Below, piece by piece: positions 28,440-37,928 of a stretch of 64,000 bases of DNA (its first letter is position 1; every line of letters begins with the position of its first letter). This DNA comes from Candidatus Spongiisociaceae bacterium (GTDB taxonomy: Bacteria; Actinomycetota; Acidimicrobiia; Spongiisociales; Spongiisociaceae): NCBI GenBank assembly GCA_965219685.1, contig CBDCOH010000002.1:2784001-2848000 (forward strand), read 5' to 3'. A program made the position numbers and the translations under genes. The notes beneath the pieces are model-generated. The model ran no database searches and was not told the DNA's origin. It saw nothing but the letters and a program-made list of their open reading frames with translations.

Positions 28440-31013
28440 CTACCCGTGGGATTCCGCTTGGGCCGTCAGGGCCTCCGTAACCGGCCCCGTCTCCCGTTCG
28501 CGCATCATCACCATGGCCCGCAACCGTTCGAGTTTCTGCTCGAGCGCCTTGGCCGCATGCGGTAGCGGGTTCTCGGCGAAGAAGGTACCGACCTCGGACG
28601 CGACTTCGGGACGCGATAGGGCGGGAAGGCCCTCGATCATGCGGGAGTGGGTCATCGGAGGGAGACCGGCCGACATCGCGGGCCACTTCTCCGTCAGCCG
28701 CTCCCACGCGTAGGGTCCCGACACGCGATTGGCCAGCATCCTCCCCAGAACCCAGGTGGTGTCCTGGTTGCGGATGGTCCCGTCGTCCATGAGACCCAGG
28801 GTGCGGTCCACCGCCTCCGGGTCGTCGAACGAGGCCAGCGCTCGCAGGTACTTCATCGCCTCCTGTGGGTTTGCGGCATCCTTGTGCCTGGCCAGGAAGG
28901 CCCGGTAGGTGGAGGCATCCCCGTGGGCGGCGCACACGAAGATGCATGCGGATCCCACCTCGGGGTCGACCGCGGTCGGCTCCGACAACAACCGCTCCCA
29001 CGTGCTGCGAGCCCGGTCGACGGTCTCCTGGTCGTTGGCGAGGCAGCCCATGGCGGTAATGATCCGGCCACGCAGGCGCCGCACCAGGTCGCTCTCGCCC
29101 TCCGGCGGTCGCCACCCCAGGCGGTCCAGGACCGGTGCGGCGAGGCCGGACACCCAACGCTCGTACCGGGGACGGACCCCACTCGAGACCAGGTGATGTC
29201 CGATGCCGGCGGCCCCGCCCAGAACGGCGCCCCAAACCGCCTGCTCCGTCTCGCCGGCGAACGACGGCGCCAACGTCATGAACGACGGCGCCCCTGCCTG
29301 TCCGGACTCCACGAAGGCCCATGCGTCGTCCGCCACCGCGAAACGCTCCAGCGGGTCCAGTTCGTCGAGCCGGGCGAGGAGAGCCGCCTGGAGTGACTCC
29401 TGGTAGAGCGTCCGGTAGAACCCGTATCCTGCGGCGTTGGCGACCACCCAGTCGACCGGACCGCCGGTCGGGATGACCGCTTCCGGACCGTCGAGCAGCG
29501 CCTTCGTCTCGAAAGGCTCGCCGCCGGCACTTCCCCGGACCCGGACCGGGACCTTCCAGAGCGAGGAGTCCGAAGGATCGGGGATCAGCAGGAACCGGCC
29601 CTGGCGGAGGGCCACGCCTCCGGGGACGGCCCTTACCGACACCTGGGGATAGCCACCCTGGAGGATCCAGGTGTCCATGATGTCGCCCACCGGCCATCCG
29701 GAGGCCTCGTCGAGACTTCGCCACAGATCCTCGGTCTCGGTGTTGGCGTAGGCATGGGCCCGCAGGTAGGCGCCGACTCCACCGCGGAAGGCCTCCTCGC
29801 CGACGTGCTGCTCCATCATGCGGAGAACCGCGGAGCCCTTGCCGTAGGTGAGGGCATCGAACATGCCCTCCGCGTCCTCGGGCGAACGGACCTCGTACTC
29901 GACGGGGCGGGTGCCGGCCAACTCGTCCACCTTGAAGGCCCAGGGCCGCTCCACAGCGACGAACTCCAGCCACCGCTTCCACTCCGGACGGTAGGCGGCG
30001 GTGGCCTTCATCTCCATGAAGGTGGCGAAGGCTTCGTTCAACCAGATACCGTTCCACCACTTCATGGTGACCAGGTCGCCGAACCACATGTGCGCCAACT
30101 CGTGGCCGATCACGTCCAGGACCCGCATCTTCTCGCTGGTGGTGGCGGTGGTCTCGTCGACCAGCAGTACCGACTCGCGGTAGGTGATGCAGCCGAGGTT
30201 CTCCATCGCCCCGAAGGCGAAGTCGGGAATCGCCACCATGTCCACCTTGTCGCCCGGGTAGGGAATCCCGTAGTAGGAGGCGAGGTAGTCCAGGCAGAAC
30301 CGGCTGCAGGCGAGGGCGAACCCGGTCAGGTGCTCCTTACCCCTCGGTGCGATGATGCGGAGGGGAACGCCGTTGACGTCGATGGGTTCGGTCGCCTCGA
30401 AGGGACCCACGACGAAGGCGACCAGGTACGTGGACATCTCGATCGTGTCGGCGAAGGTCACCGCCACTTTCCCGTCGCCCGCCGGCGCCCTGGCGGTCTC
30501 GGCGCCGTTCGAGACGGCCATCAGGTCCCCGGGCACGACCAGGGTGACGCCGAAGGAGGCCTTGAAATCCGGCTCGTCCCAGCAGGGGAAGGCACGCCGG
30601 GCGTCGGTGGCTTCGAACTGGGTGGTGGCTATGACCTGCTCGCGGCCATCCACATCTGTGAAGGTGGAACGGTAGAAGCCTCTCAACTGGTCGTTGAGGA
30701 TCCCGCTGAACCGGCAGTGGAACTCGGCCGGACCCTCCGGGACCTCTCCTGCCAATGTGAGGACCGCCCGTTGCGCCTCCTCGTCGTACTCCACGCCGGC
30801 GCCCACCCGGCGCCCGTCACCGACGACGAACCAGGCCTCGTGGATGTCCAGTTCGATGGCGTTCAGCACCACCCGGTCGGTGGCCCCGGTCACCTCCACC
30901 TCCACTGCCTCGGTCCCGCTGAAGGTGGCCGCCTCGAGGTCGGGCTCCAAGCGAAGGCGGTAGTGCCTGGGCACCACGTTGCGCGGCAGCCGGTACGGGT
31001 CCTCGTTCATCAC
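28440..31013 (-). CDS. M1 family aminopeptidase (PepN/ERAP1-like)
   Basis: ARRAFPCWDEP, GAMEN and HELAHMWFG...WLNEAFA motifs. Confidence 0.95.
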   Translation of the reverse strand: MMNEDPYRLPRNVVPRHYRLRLEPDLEAATFSGTEAVEVEVTGATDRVVLNAIELDIHEAWFVVGDGRRVGAGVEYDEEAQRAVLTLAGEVPEGPAEFHCRFSGILNDQLRGFYRSTFTDVDGREQVIATTQFEATDARRAFPCWDEPDFKASFGVTLVVPGDLMAVSNGAETARAPAGDGKVAVTFADTIEMSTYLVAFVVGPFEATEPIDVNGVPLRIIAPRGKEHLTGFALACSRFCLDYLASYYGIPYPGDKVDMVAIPDFAFGAMENLGCITYRESVLLVDETTATTSEKMRVLDVIGHELAHMWFGDLVTMKWWNGIWLNEAFATFMEMKATAAYRPEWKRWLEFVAVERPWAFKVDELAGTRPVEYEVRSPEDAEGMFDALTYGKGSAVLRMMEQHVGEEAFRGGVGAYLRAHAYANTETEDLWRSLDEASGWPVGDIMDTWILQGGYPQVSVRAVPGGVALRQGRFLLIPDPSDSSLWKVPVRVRGSAGGEPFETKALLDGPEAVIPTGGPVDWVVANAAGYGFYRTLYQESLQAALLARLDELDPLERFAVADDAWAFVESGQAGAPSFMTLAPSFAGETEQAVWGAVLGGAAGIGHHLVSSGVRPRYERWVSGLAAPVLDRLGWRPPEGESDLVRRLRGRIITAMGCLANDQETVDRARSTWERLLSEPTAVDPEVGSACIFVCAAHGDASTYRAFLARHKDAANPQEAMKYLRALASFDDPEAVDRTLGLMDDGTIRNQDTTWVLGRMLANRVSGPYAWERLTEKWPAMSAGLPPMTHSRMIEGLPALSRPEVASEVGTFFAENPLPHAAKALEQKLERLRAMVMMRERETGPVTEALTAQAESHG

Positions 31014-31161
31014 ATGACTCCAGCGTTAGGGAAGAGCCGGACGGAATCTCTACGACGGGATACGATCATTCCCGTATGAGGCTCGCCGGCATCACCCTCA
31101 TGATATGCGCTGCAGGGGACGGGTTCTGCCCGGTGCGGTCCGGCCGGGAGGGGGCCGGACG

Positions 31162-32166
31162 GTGACCGGCCCCGGCGCGCTGCGGTTCGATCCCATCCTG
31201 GTGCCCAAGCCGTGGGGCGGGACGAGGCTGGCGAGCCTCGACAAGGAGCCAGCGGCCCGCCACGTTCCCGGAACTCGCTACGGCGAGTCGTGGGAGGTGG
31301 CGGACCTCCCGCGCGGGGCGCTCTCCGCGGCCGAACGAGGGCGAACGAGGGTGGCGGCCGGGCCCCATCGGGGCAAGACGCTCCGAAGGCTGATCGCCGA
31401 GCAAGGGTCCGGACTCCTCGGCTCCGCATCCCCGACCCCTGCCGGTGACTTCCCCCTCCTGTTCAAGCTGCTCGACACGGCCGAGCACCTGTCGATCCAG
31501 GTCCATCCCGACGAGACCTGGACCGCGCTCAACCCGGGGTGGCTGCCGAAGACCGAGTCCTGGTACGTGCTCGACGCGGCGCCGGGAGCGGCCATCTACA
31601 AGGGCTTGCGGCCCGGGGTGGGGATAGGGGACGTGCGTGCAGCCGCGGGGACACCCGCTCTGGACGGTCTCCTGCGCAGAATCCCGGTCCGGCGGGGAGA
31701 ATTCCACCATCTCCCGTCCGGGACAGTCCACGCCCTCGGTGCCGGCGTGACCGTTGCCGAGGTCCAGACCCCGTCGGACACCACCTTCCGACTCTACGAC
31801 TGGACCGAGAAATACGACCGACCGCCCCGGCGGTTGCAGATCGAGCGAGGACTCGATGCCCTCTCCCTCGATGCCCCGGACCTCTCGCAGGGCCGCATGA
31901 AAGGCGATGGGGTCCGCCGCCTGGTGGACGGACCCCACTTCTGGATCCGCGAACACATGGCCACCGAGGGCCCGATCATCCTGCGGGATCTCCCGGAACT
32001 GCGCATCCTGGCCGTGGCCCGCGGCCGTGCCGTAGTAGACAGCGCCGACGGTACGGTGCGCCGACTAGGCGCCGGCTCGACGGTCCTGATCCCGGCCGAG
32101 GTCGGCACATCGACCCTTGTACACAGCCCCGGTACCGCAACCGTTCTCGAGATCGGAATCCTGTAG
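31162..32166 (+). CDS. Class I mannose-6-phosphate isomerase
   Basis: WGG, GESWE, FPLLFKLLD, LSIQVHP, KTESW, GTVHALG and EVQTPSDTTFRLYDW motifs. Confidence 0.9.
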   Translation: MTGPGALRFDPILVPKPWGGTRLASLDKEPAARHVPGTRYGESWEVADLPRGALSAAERGRTRVAAGPHRGKTLRRLIAEQGSGLLGSASPTPAGDFPLLFKLLDTAEHLSIQVHPDETWTALNPGWLPKTESWYVLDAAPGAAIYKGLRPGVGIGDVRAAAGTPALDGLLRRIPVRRGEFHHLPSGTVHALGAGVTVAEVQTPSDTTFRLYDWTEKYDRPPRRLQIERGLDALSLDAPDLSQGRMKGDGVRRLVDGPHFWIREHMATEGPIILRDLPELRILAVARGRAVVDSADGTVRRLGAGSTVLIPAEVGTSTLVHSPGTATVLEIGIL

Positions 32167-32335
32167 AGACAGCTTCGAGCAAGTGCCTACCAGACCCAAG
32201 CTCATCAGTAGGGACGACCTCGCAGGCAATTCGGTGGTCTGCGACACCAGTTCGCGAAGACCAGATGGACCGATCGCTCGCGCAGTCTTGTTGCATGCCG
32301 TCGATGCGTCACAGACCGGATGTAGGGTTTGAGGC

Positions 32336-33313
32336 ATGGACCGGACAGCCGAGATACCGGCGGGCAACCTTGCTCTGTTCCCCACGGGAGAGGTCGACGA
32401 GCCAACCTCGACGGCCGGTTCGCACGTCAGGCTCGACACCGGCGTGGACGCCCCCCTTGACTCCTTGAACCGCCCCGTGCTTGTGTGCGGGCGCGCAACC
32501 GACGCCTTGGGCCTGCTGCCGGCCGGTAGCATCCAGACGGCCGTGACCTCCCCGCCGTACTGGTCATTGCGAGACTACGACGTGGCAAACCAGATCGGTC
32601 GTGATGACGGACTTGGCGACTACATAAAGAGCATCGTCCTGGCCTTCGACCAGATCCGACGGGTTCTAGCCAATGACGGGACTGTCTGGCTCAATGTGGG
32701 CGACAGCTACACATCGGGCAATCGGAAGTACCGCGCTCCCGATCGAAAGAATCGCGCGAGGGCGATGCCGGTGCGTCCACCCACGCCAGCCGGCCTGAAG
32801 CCGAAGGATCTGATCGGTGTGCCGTGGCGGCTTGCGTTCGCTCTCCAAGACGCCGGCTGGTGGTTGCGATCCGAGGTGATCTGGTACAAGCCCAACGCGC
32901 ATCCGGAGTCGGTTCGTGACCGCCCAACCAAGGCACACGAGACCGTCTTCCTGCTGTCGAAGAACCAGGACTACTTCTACGATGTGTCAGCTGTGAAGGG
33001 CCCGAACGGCCGCCGACTCCGCACGATGTGGGACATCAAGACCGAGCCCCGTCAGCGAGACGCCGGAGGGATCGACGACCATCCTGCCGTCATGCCGATG
33101 ACGCTGGCTCGCCGCTGCATCCGGATCACCAGCCGACCCGGCGACTTTGTACTCGATCCCTACGCCGGATCCGGCACGACGCTCCTGGCAGCCCAGGAAC
33201 TCTCCAGGAGTTGGGTCGGTATCGAACTGAAACCCGAGTACGTGGAGTTGATCGAACGCAGGATCGCCGGGCGAGCCATGACGGCGGTCGGCGAACGAAC
33301 ATCGAGGATCTGA
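32336..33313 (+). CDS. Beta-class N4-cytosine DNA methyltransferase
   Basis: TSPPY (motif IV) precedes HPA...VLDPYAGSGTT (motif I). Confidence 0.92.
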   Translation: MDRTAEIPAGNLALFPTGEVDEPTSTAGSHVRLDTGVDAPLDSLNRPVLVCGRATDALGLLPAGSIQTAVTSPPYWSLRDYDVANQIGRDDGLGDYIKSIVLAFDQIRRVLANDGTVWLNVGDSYTSGNRKYRAPDRKNRARAMPVRPPTPAGLKPKDLIGVPWRLAFALQDAGWWLRSEVIWYKPNAHPESVRDRPTKAHETVFLLSKNQDYFYDVSAVKGPNGRRLRTMWDIKTEPRQRDAGGIDDHPAVMPMTLARRCIRITSRPGDFVLDPYAGSGTTLLAAQELSRSWVGIELKPEYVELIERRIAGRAMTAVGERTSRI

Positions 33314-34060
33314 AAGCCCGTATCGAGTCTCTTTCACCGATGGGTGTCCGGTTCGTTGCGCGGTTGATCGAGTCACTCTCGTCTCCTCCACGAGCTGATC
33401 TCACCAGTTCTTGGATTACGAGCAACCCTGAGTGGGTGGAGTACATCGGCCTCGCGATCTCCGTCCATCACAGCAACACCGTGGAACCCCTCGGATTGAT
33501 CAGCTTCGAAGTAGCTTTCCGGAACGCATGCGAAGCTTGTCGAATGGGGGGTGGACGAGCCGAGATCGGCAACCCGAAGATTCGTCGACATCACCGTTCA
33601 GAGTGACGACGACTCGGAGCGCAAACTGTCTATCAAGTCGACTGCTGCCCGGAGGTTATCGGCAACAACTGCTCATATCTCGAAGCTCACGGAGGCTGCG
33701 TGGATTCAAGATGTCAGGTCGGCAAGGACGCGAAGGCTCAACACCCTGGATCTGTTCCGTCAGTACCGTGAAGCAGTGGACGCGATAGTCATGCTCCGGG
33801 CGTTCCGGAGTGGGAGAGACGTGGTTCCCACGAAGTACCAGTTACTGGAGATTCCTACGGCAATCTTCGCCTCGCTGGAAAACGCTCCCCAAGCAGCCTT
33901 CGCTGCCGACGGCCCGACCGTCGACTGTACCTACGGAGAGGAACCGGTCGCGGCACGAGTGTCGCTGGACCGCTCCGACGCGAAGATCGCCGTGAAGCAG
34001 ATCAAGCTCTCCGCCTGCACCATCCACGCCGAGTGGTACATGTCGGATCGGACCACCTAA
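33278..34060 (+). pseudogene. SmaI-like type II restriction endonuclease, frameshifted
   Basis: The N-part (HH...FEVAFRNAC) and the C-part (VDI...SIKSTAA...HISKLTE...YQLLEIP...CTIHAEW) are in different frames, switching at about 33535-33551. Resemblance to SmaI is from memory. Confidence 0.65.
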
Positions 34061-34137
34061 GTAACCGGAAGATCGTCACCGTCGGGAACCGGTCCGACTC
34101 GGGCAGGCACACGTCGCCGACAACCGCCGGACACGGT

Positions 34138-35601
34138 CTAGGCCTGGTAGCTGCCCGAGGTGGCGCCGCCGCCGGTGCCGGTCCAGTCGGTGTGGAAGAA
34201 CTCTCCCCTGGGGCGGTCGATCCGTTCGTAGGTATGAGCGCCGAAATAGTCGCGCTGGGCCTGGACAAGGTTGGCGGGGAGGCGCTCCGAGCGGTAGGCG
34301 TCGTAGAAGGCCAGCGCTGAGGAGTAGGCAGGCACGGGGATACCGGCTCCCACTGCGGCGGTGACCACCCTGCGCCATCCTGAGTCCGCCCCGCGGACCG
34401 CATCCACGAAGAAGCCGTCCAGGAGGAGGCTGGGCAGGTCGGGCCGCCGGGCGAACGCCGCGGTGATGTCGTCGAGGAACGCGGCCCGGATGATGCATCC
34501 TTCACGCCACAGTTGAGCGATCCGCCCGTAGTCGAGGTCCCACCCGTGTTCGCGGGCGGCGGCGCCCAGCAGCATGAAGCCCTGCGCGTAGGAGACGATC
34601 TTCGAGGCGTAAAGGGCGTCGTGGATGGCGTCGACGAAGTCGTCGCCCCATCCGTGGCGGGTTGCCTTCGAGGGTTGCGGGCCCGGTCCCAGGACCCGGG
34701 CCGCCTCGATCCGCTGGTCGTGGAGGGCGGACACCACCCGGGCGTACACCGCTTCGGCCACCAGCGTCATCGGGTATCCGAGGTGGAGCGAGTCGATCAC
34801 CGTCCACTTCCCGGTCCCCTTCTGGCCGGCCGCGTCCAGGATGGCCTCCAGCGTGGGCTTACCCCGGTCGTCGGTGTGCTCGAGGATGTCCGCGGTGATG
34901 TCCACCAGGTACGAGTCCAGCAGACCGTCGCCCCACCGGCGGAATGTGGTCGCCATCTCCGGATGGGACATGCCGAGGCCGACCCGCATCAGGTGGTAGG
35001 CCTCCGCGATCACCTGCATGTCGCCGTACTCGATGCCGTTGTGCACCATCTTGGTGTAGTGGCCGGCTCCGCCAGGGCCCACCCAGTCGCAGCACGGGGT
35101 CCCGTCGGCAACCTTGGCGGCGATGGCCTGCAGGATGCCCTTCACGTGGGGCCAGGCGGCCGGATCCCCGCCGGGCATGATCGAGGGACCGTGGCGGGCT
35201 CCCTCCTCCCCGCCGGAGATGCCGGTGCCGATGAACCGCAGACCCCGCTCCGCGAGGCTCCGGGTGCGCCGGACCGAGTCCTCGAAGTAGGAGTTGCCCC
35301 CGTCGATGATGATGTCCCCCTCGTCGAGGAGGGGAACCAGCTGTCCGATGATGGCGTCCACCGCCCCACCCGCCTTGACCATGAGCATGATCCTCCGCGG
35401 TGGCTTCAGGGCTGCGACCAGTTCGTCAACGGTCCGGGTCCCCATCACCCGCGTGCCGCGTGCGGGCCCTTCGAGGAATTCGACGGTGCGCGCGGTGGTC
35501 CGGTTGTAGACGGCCACGGTGAACCCATGGTCGTCCATGTTCAGCACCAGGTTCTGGCCCATGACGGCCAGACCGATCAAGCCGATGTCAGCGGAAGTCA
35601 C
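34138..35601 (-). CDS. gndA: NADP-dependent 6-phosphogluconate dehydrogenase
   Basis: GLAVMG, DGGNS, KMVHNGIEYGDMQ, GQKGTGKW and QAQRDYFGAHTY motifs. Confidence 0.96.
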   Translation of the reverse strand: MTSADIGLIGLAVMGQNLVLNMDDHGFTVAVYNRTTARTVEFLEGPARGTRVMGTRTVDELVAALKPPRRIMLMVKAGGAVDAIIGQLVPLLDEGDIIIDGGNSYFEDSVRRTRSLAERGLRFIGTGISGGEEGARHGPSIMPGGDPAAWPHVKGILQAIAAKVADGTPCCDWVGPGGAGHYTKMVHNGIEYGDMQVIAEAYHLMRVGLGMSHPEMATTFRRWGDGLLDSYLVDITADILEHTDDRGKPTLEAILDAAGQKGTGKWTVIDSLHLGYPMTLVAEAVYARVVSALHDQRIEAARVLGPGPQPSKATRHGWGDDFVDAIHDALYASKIVSYAQGFMLLGAAAREHGWDLDYGRIAQLWREGCIIRAAFLDDITAAFARRPDLPSLLLDGFFVDAVRGADSGWRRVVTAAVGAGIPVPAYSSALAFYDAYRSERLPANLVQAQRDYFGAHTYERIDRPRGEFFHTDWTGTGGGATSGSYQA

Positions 35602-35649
35602 TGGAGTCCATGGTAAAGGAGAACCGAATGTAGTGGACGGACCGCCCGT

Positions 35650-36330
35650 TCACCCCTCTTTGAGCAGGAAACGAACCAGTACCAGCGCGATCCCGGCGCC
35701 GAGGAACTGCATGATGATGAAGCCCGGCGCGGAGGCGGGTGCGATCCCGGCGAATGTGTCGGAGAACATGCGGGAAATGGTTACCGCCGGGTTGGCGAAG
35801 CTGGTGGACGATGTGAAGAAGTATGCCCCGCCGATGTACACCCCCACCGCCGGGGCTACGAACCCCAGGCCCCCTCCTCCCGGCCGGGCGATCAGGCAGA
35901 TCACCATCATCAACCCGAGGGTGGCTATGACCTCGCCGAGGAACTGCCCGGCGCCGCCCCGGACCGTCTGCGACCACTCGACGGCATCGAGGGAGAACAT
36001 GAGGTTGGCTAGGACGGTCCCTGCGATACCCCCGGCGACTTGCGAGCCGACGTAGGCGGCGCCCTCCGGGGCGGACCGGTTCCGCATCGCCACGTCGAGC
36101 AGGGTGACGCACGGGTTGAAGTGGGCGCCCGAGATCGGGCCGAACGACCAGATGAGCACCATCAGGGCGAAGGCGGTCACCACCGCCGCCTCGAACAGCT
36201 GGAGCCCGACGTCGTCGGGGCTGAGGCGCTGGGCGGCTATCCCCCCTCCCACCACGGCCATCAGGAGAAAGGCCGTCCCGACGCCTTCGGCCACCAGGCG
36301 CCGGCTCAGCGAATAACCATGAGCATCCAT
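35650..36330 (-). CDS. MIP/aquaporin family channel (arsenite-channel-like)
   Basis: SGAHFNPC and FTSSTSFANPA motifs. Confidence 0.88.
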   Translation of the reverse strand: MDAHGYSLSRRLVAEGVGTAFLLMAVVGGGIAAQRLSPDDVGLQLFEAAVVTAFALMVLIWSFGPISGAHFNPCVTLLDVAMRNRSAPEGAAYVGSQVAGGIAGTVLANLMFSLDAVEWSQTVRGGAGQFLGEVIATLGLMMVICLIARPGGGGLGFVAPAVGVYIGGAYFFTSSTSFANPAVTISRMFSDTFAGIAPASAPGFIIMQFLGAGIALVLVRFLLKEG

Positions 36331-36444
36331 CGGGCGCAAGCGTAGAGCCGCGGACAGGGCTCCGATGGCATCAAAGGGGCGTGTGCAACCGGATTCACCA
36401 TAGGTTCACCGCCAGTTCGCGTCCAGGTCGTAGCATGCGCCCGT

Positions 36445-36867
36445 ATGAGCCAGATCACACCCAATCCCGAAGTCCTGTTCGTATGCGTCCACAACGCGGG
36501 CCGCTCCCAGATGGCCGCCGGCTTCCTCCGGCACCTGGCCGGGGAAAGCGTGAGGGTCAGGAGCGCCGGGTCGATGCCGGCCGACCGGATCAACCCGGCC
36601 GTCCAGGAGGCCATGGCCGAGAGAGGGATCGACCTCGGAGCGAGCATCCCTTCGAAGTTGTCGAGGGACAAAGTCTCCGCCGCCGACGTGGTGGTGACCA
36701 TGGGCTGCGGTGACGCCTGCCCGGTGCTGCCGGGGAAGCGCTACCTGGACTGGGAACTGGACGACCCGGCCGGCAAGGGTGTCGCTGGGGTCCGACCGGT
36801 CAGGGACGAGATCGAAGTGCTGGTGAGGGGCCTGCTGACCGACCTGGGTGTCGAACCCTCCTCGTAA
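36445..36867 (+). CDS. arsC: LMW-PTP-fold arsenate reductase
   Basis: FVCVHNAGRSQMA, TMGCGDACP and DWELDDP motifs. Confidence 0.92.
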   Translation: MSQITPNPEVLFVCVHNAGRSQMAAGFLRHLAGESVRVRSAGSMPADRINPAVQEAMAERGIDLGASIPSKLSRDKVSAADVVVTMGCGDACPVLPGKRYLDWELDDPAGKGVAGVRPVRDEIEVLVRGLLTDLGVEPSS

Positions 36868-36899
36868 GATCGGAGCAGCATCGAGACAGGACGTGTGAC

Positions 36900-37637
36900 T
36901 TGGCTGTTCGGCTCGGCATCGACATCGGCGGAAGCGGGATCAAGGGAGCTCCGGTCGACCTGGAGTCGGGTGCGCTGACCGACAAGCGGGTCCGGATCAA
37001 GACACCCCGCCCTTCGAACCCCGAGGCGGTGGCAGGGGTCGTCCGCCAGGTCGTGGATGCCTTCCCCGACGTGACGGGAGCGATCGGGTGTACGTTTCCG
37101 GCCATCGTCCTCGCCGGCCGGATCAACTCGGCCGCCAACGTCGACCCCTCCTGGATAGGCACGGACGCCGACCGCCTCTTCTCCCAAGCCTGCGAACGTC
37201 CGGCATCGGTGGTCAACGACGCCGACGCGGCCGGAGTGGCCGAGGCCCGGGTCGGCGCCGCGGCGGGTCGCAAGGGCGTGGTGATCGTCCTCACCCTGGG
37301 AACCGGCATCGGATCGGCCGTTCTGCACGACGGCCGCCTGGTGCCCAACACCGAACTGGGACATCTAGAACTGGAAGGCAGGGTGGTCGAGTCCGGTGCC
37401 TCCAACCGGGCAAGGAAGCAGGAGAGCCTCTCGTTCAAGGTGTGGACCGGACGCCTCAACGCCTACCTGGCCCACCTGGAGCGGATCTTCTCACCCGACC
37501 TCTTCGTCATCGGCGGCGGGATCTCCAAGCGCTTTGGCAAGTTCGGTCCCATACTCCGCGCCCGGGCTGAGATAGTCCCCGCCGCACTCCGGAACGACGC
37601 CGGCATAGTGGGCGCCGCCCTGTGGGCAGGTCGGTAA
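36900..37637 (+). CDS. ppgK: Polyphosphate glucokinase (ROK family)
   Basis: GIDIGGSGIKGAPVD, NDADAAG, TLGTGIGS and PNTELGH motifs. Confidence 0.92.
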   Translation: MAVRLGIDIGGSGIKGAPVDLESGALTDKRVRIKTPRPSNPEAVAGVVRQVVDAFPDVTGAIGCTFPAIVLAGRINSAANVDPSWIGTDADRLFSQACERPASVVNDADAAGVAEARVGAAAGRKGVVIVLTLGTGIGSAVLHDGRLVPNTELGHLELEGRVVESGASNRARKQESLSFKVWTGRLNAYLAHLERIFSPDLFVIGGGISKRFGKFGPILRARAEIVPAALRNDAGIVGAALWAGR

Positions 37638-37928
37638 CCACCACCGCGTACAAGGGGATTGACACTGTCCCACCATACCGCACTATTGGAGGAGCCAAGC
37701 ACCCCAAGCGGTCCGAACCGGCGTCATTCGCCCGCCCGAAGGATCATCTACCGGAGCGCCTTGCCCCGGCAAGCCCGGCCCGACACGCTCCGAGCCCAGG
37801 AACGGTGGTGGCGAGGGCCCGGAGAACCGGTCCCTCCTGGCGGTTTTCGCGACCTGGGCGCCATCCGGGTACGGAGCCGGTCCCGGACTGGCGACCTCCG
37901 TCCTCCCCCATCTCCGGATTGCCCGCGG

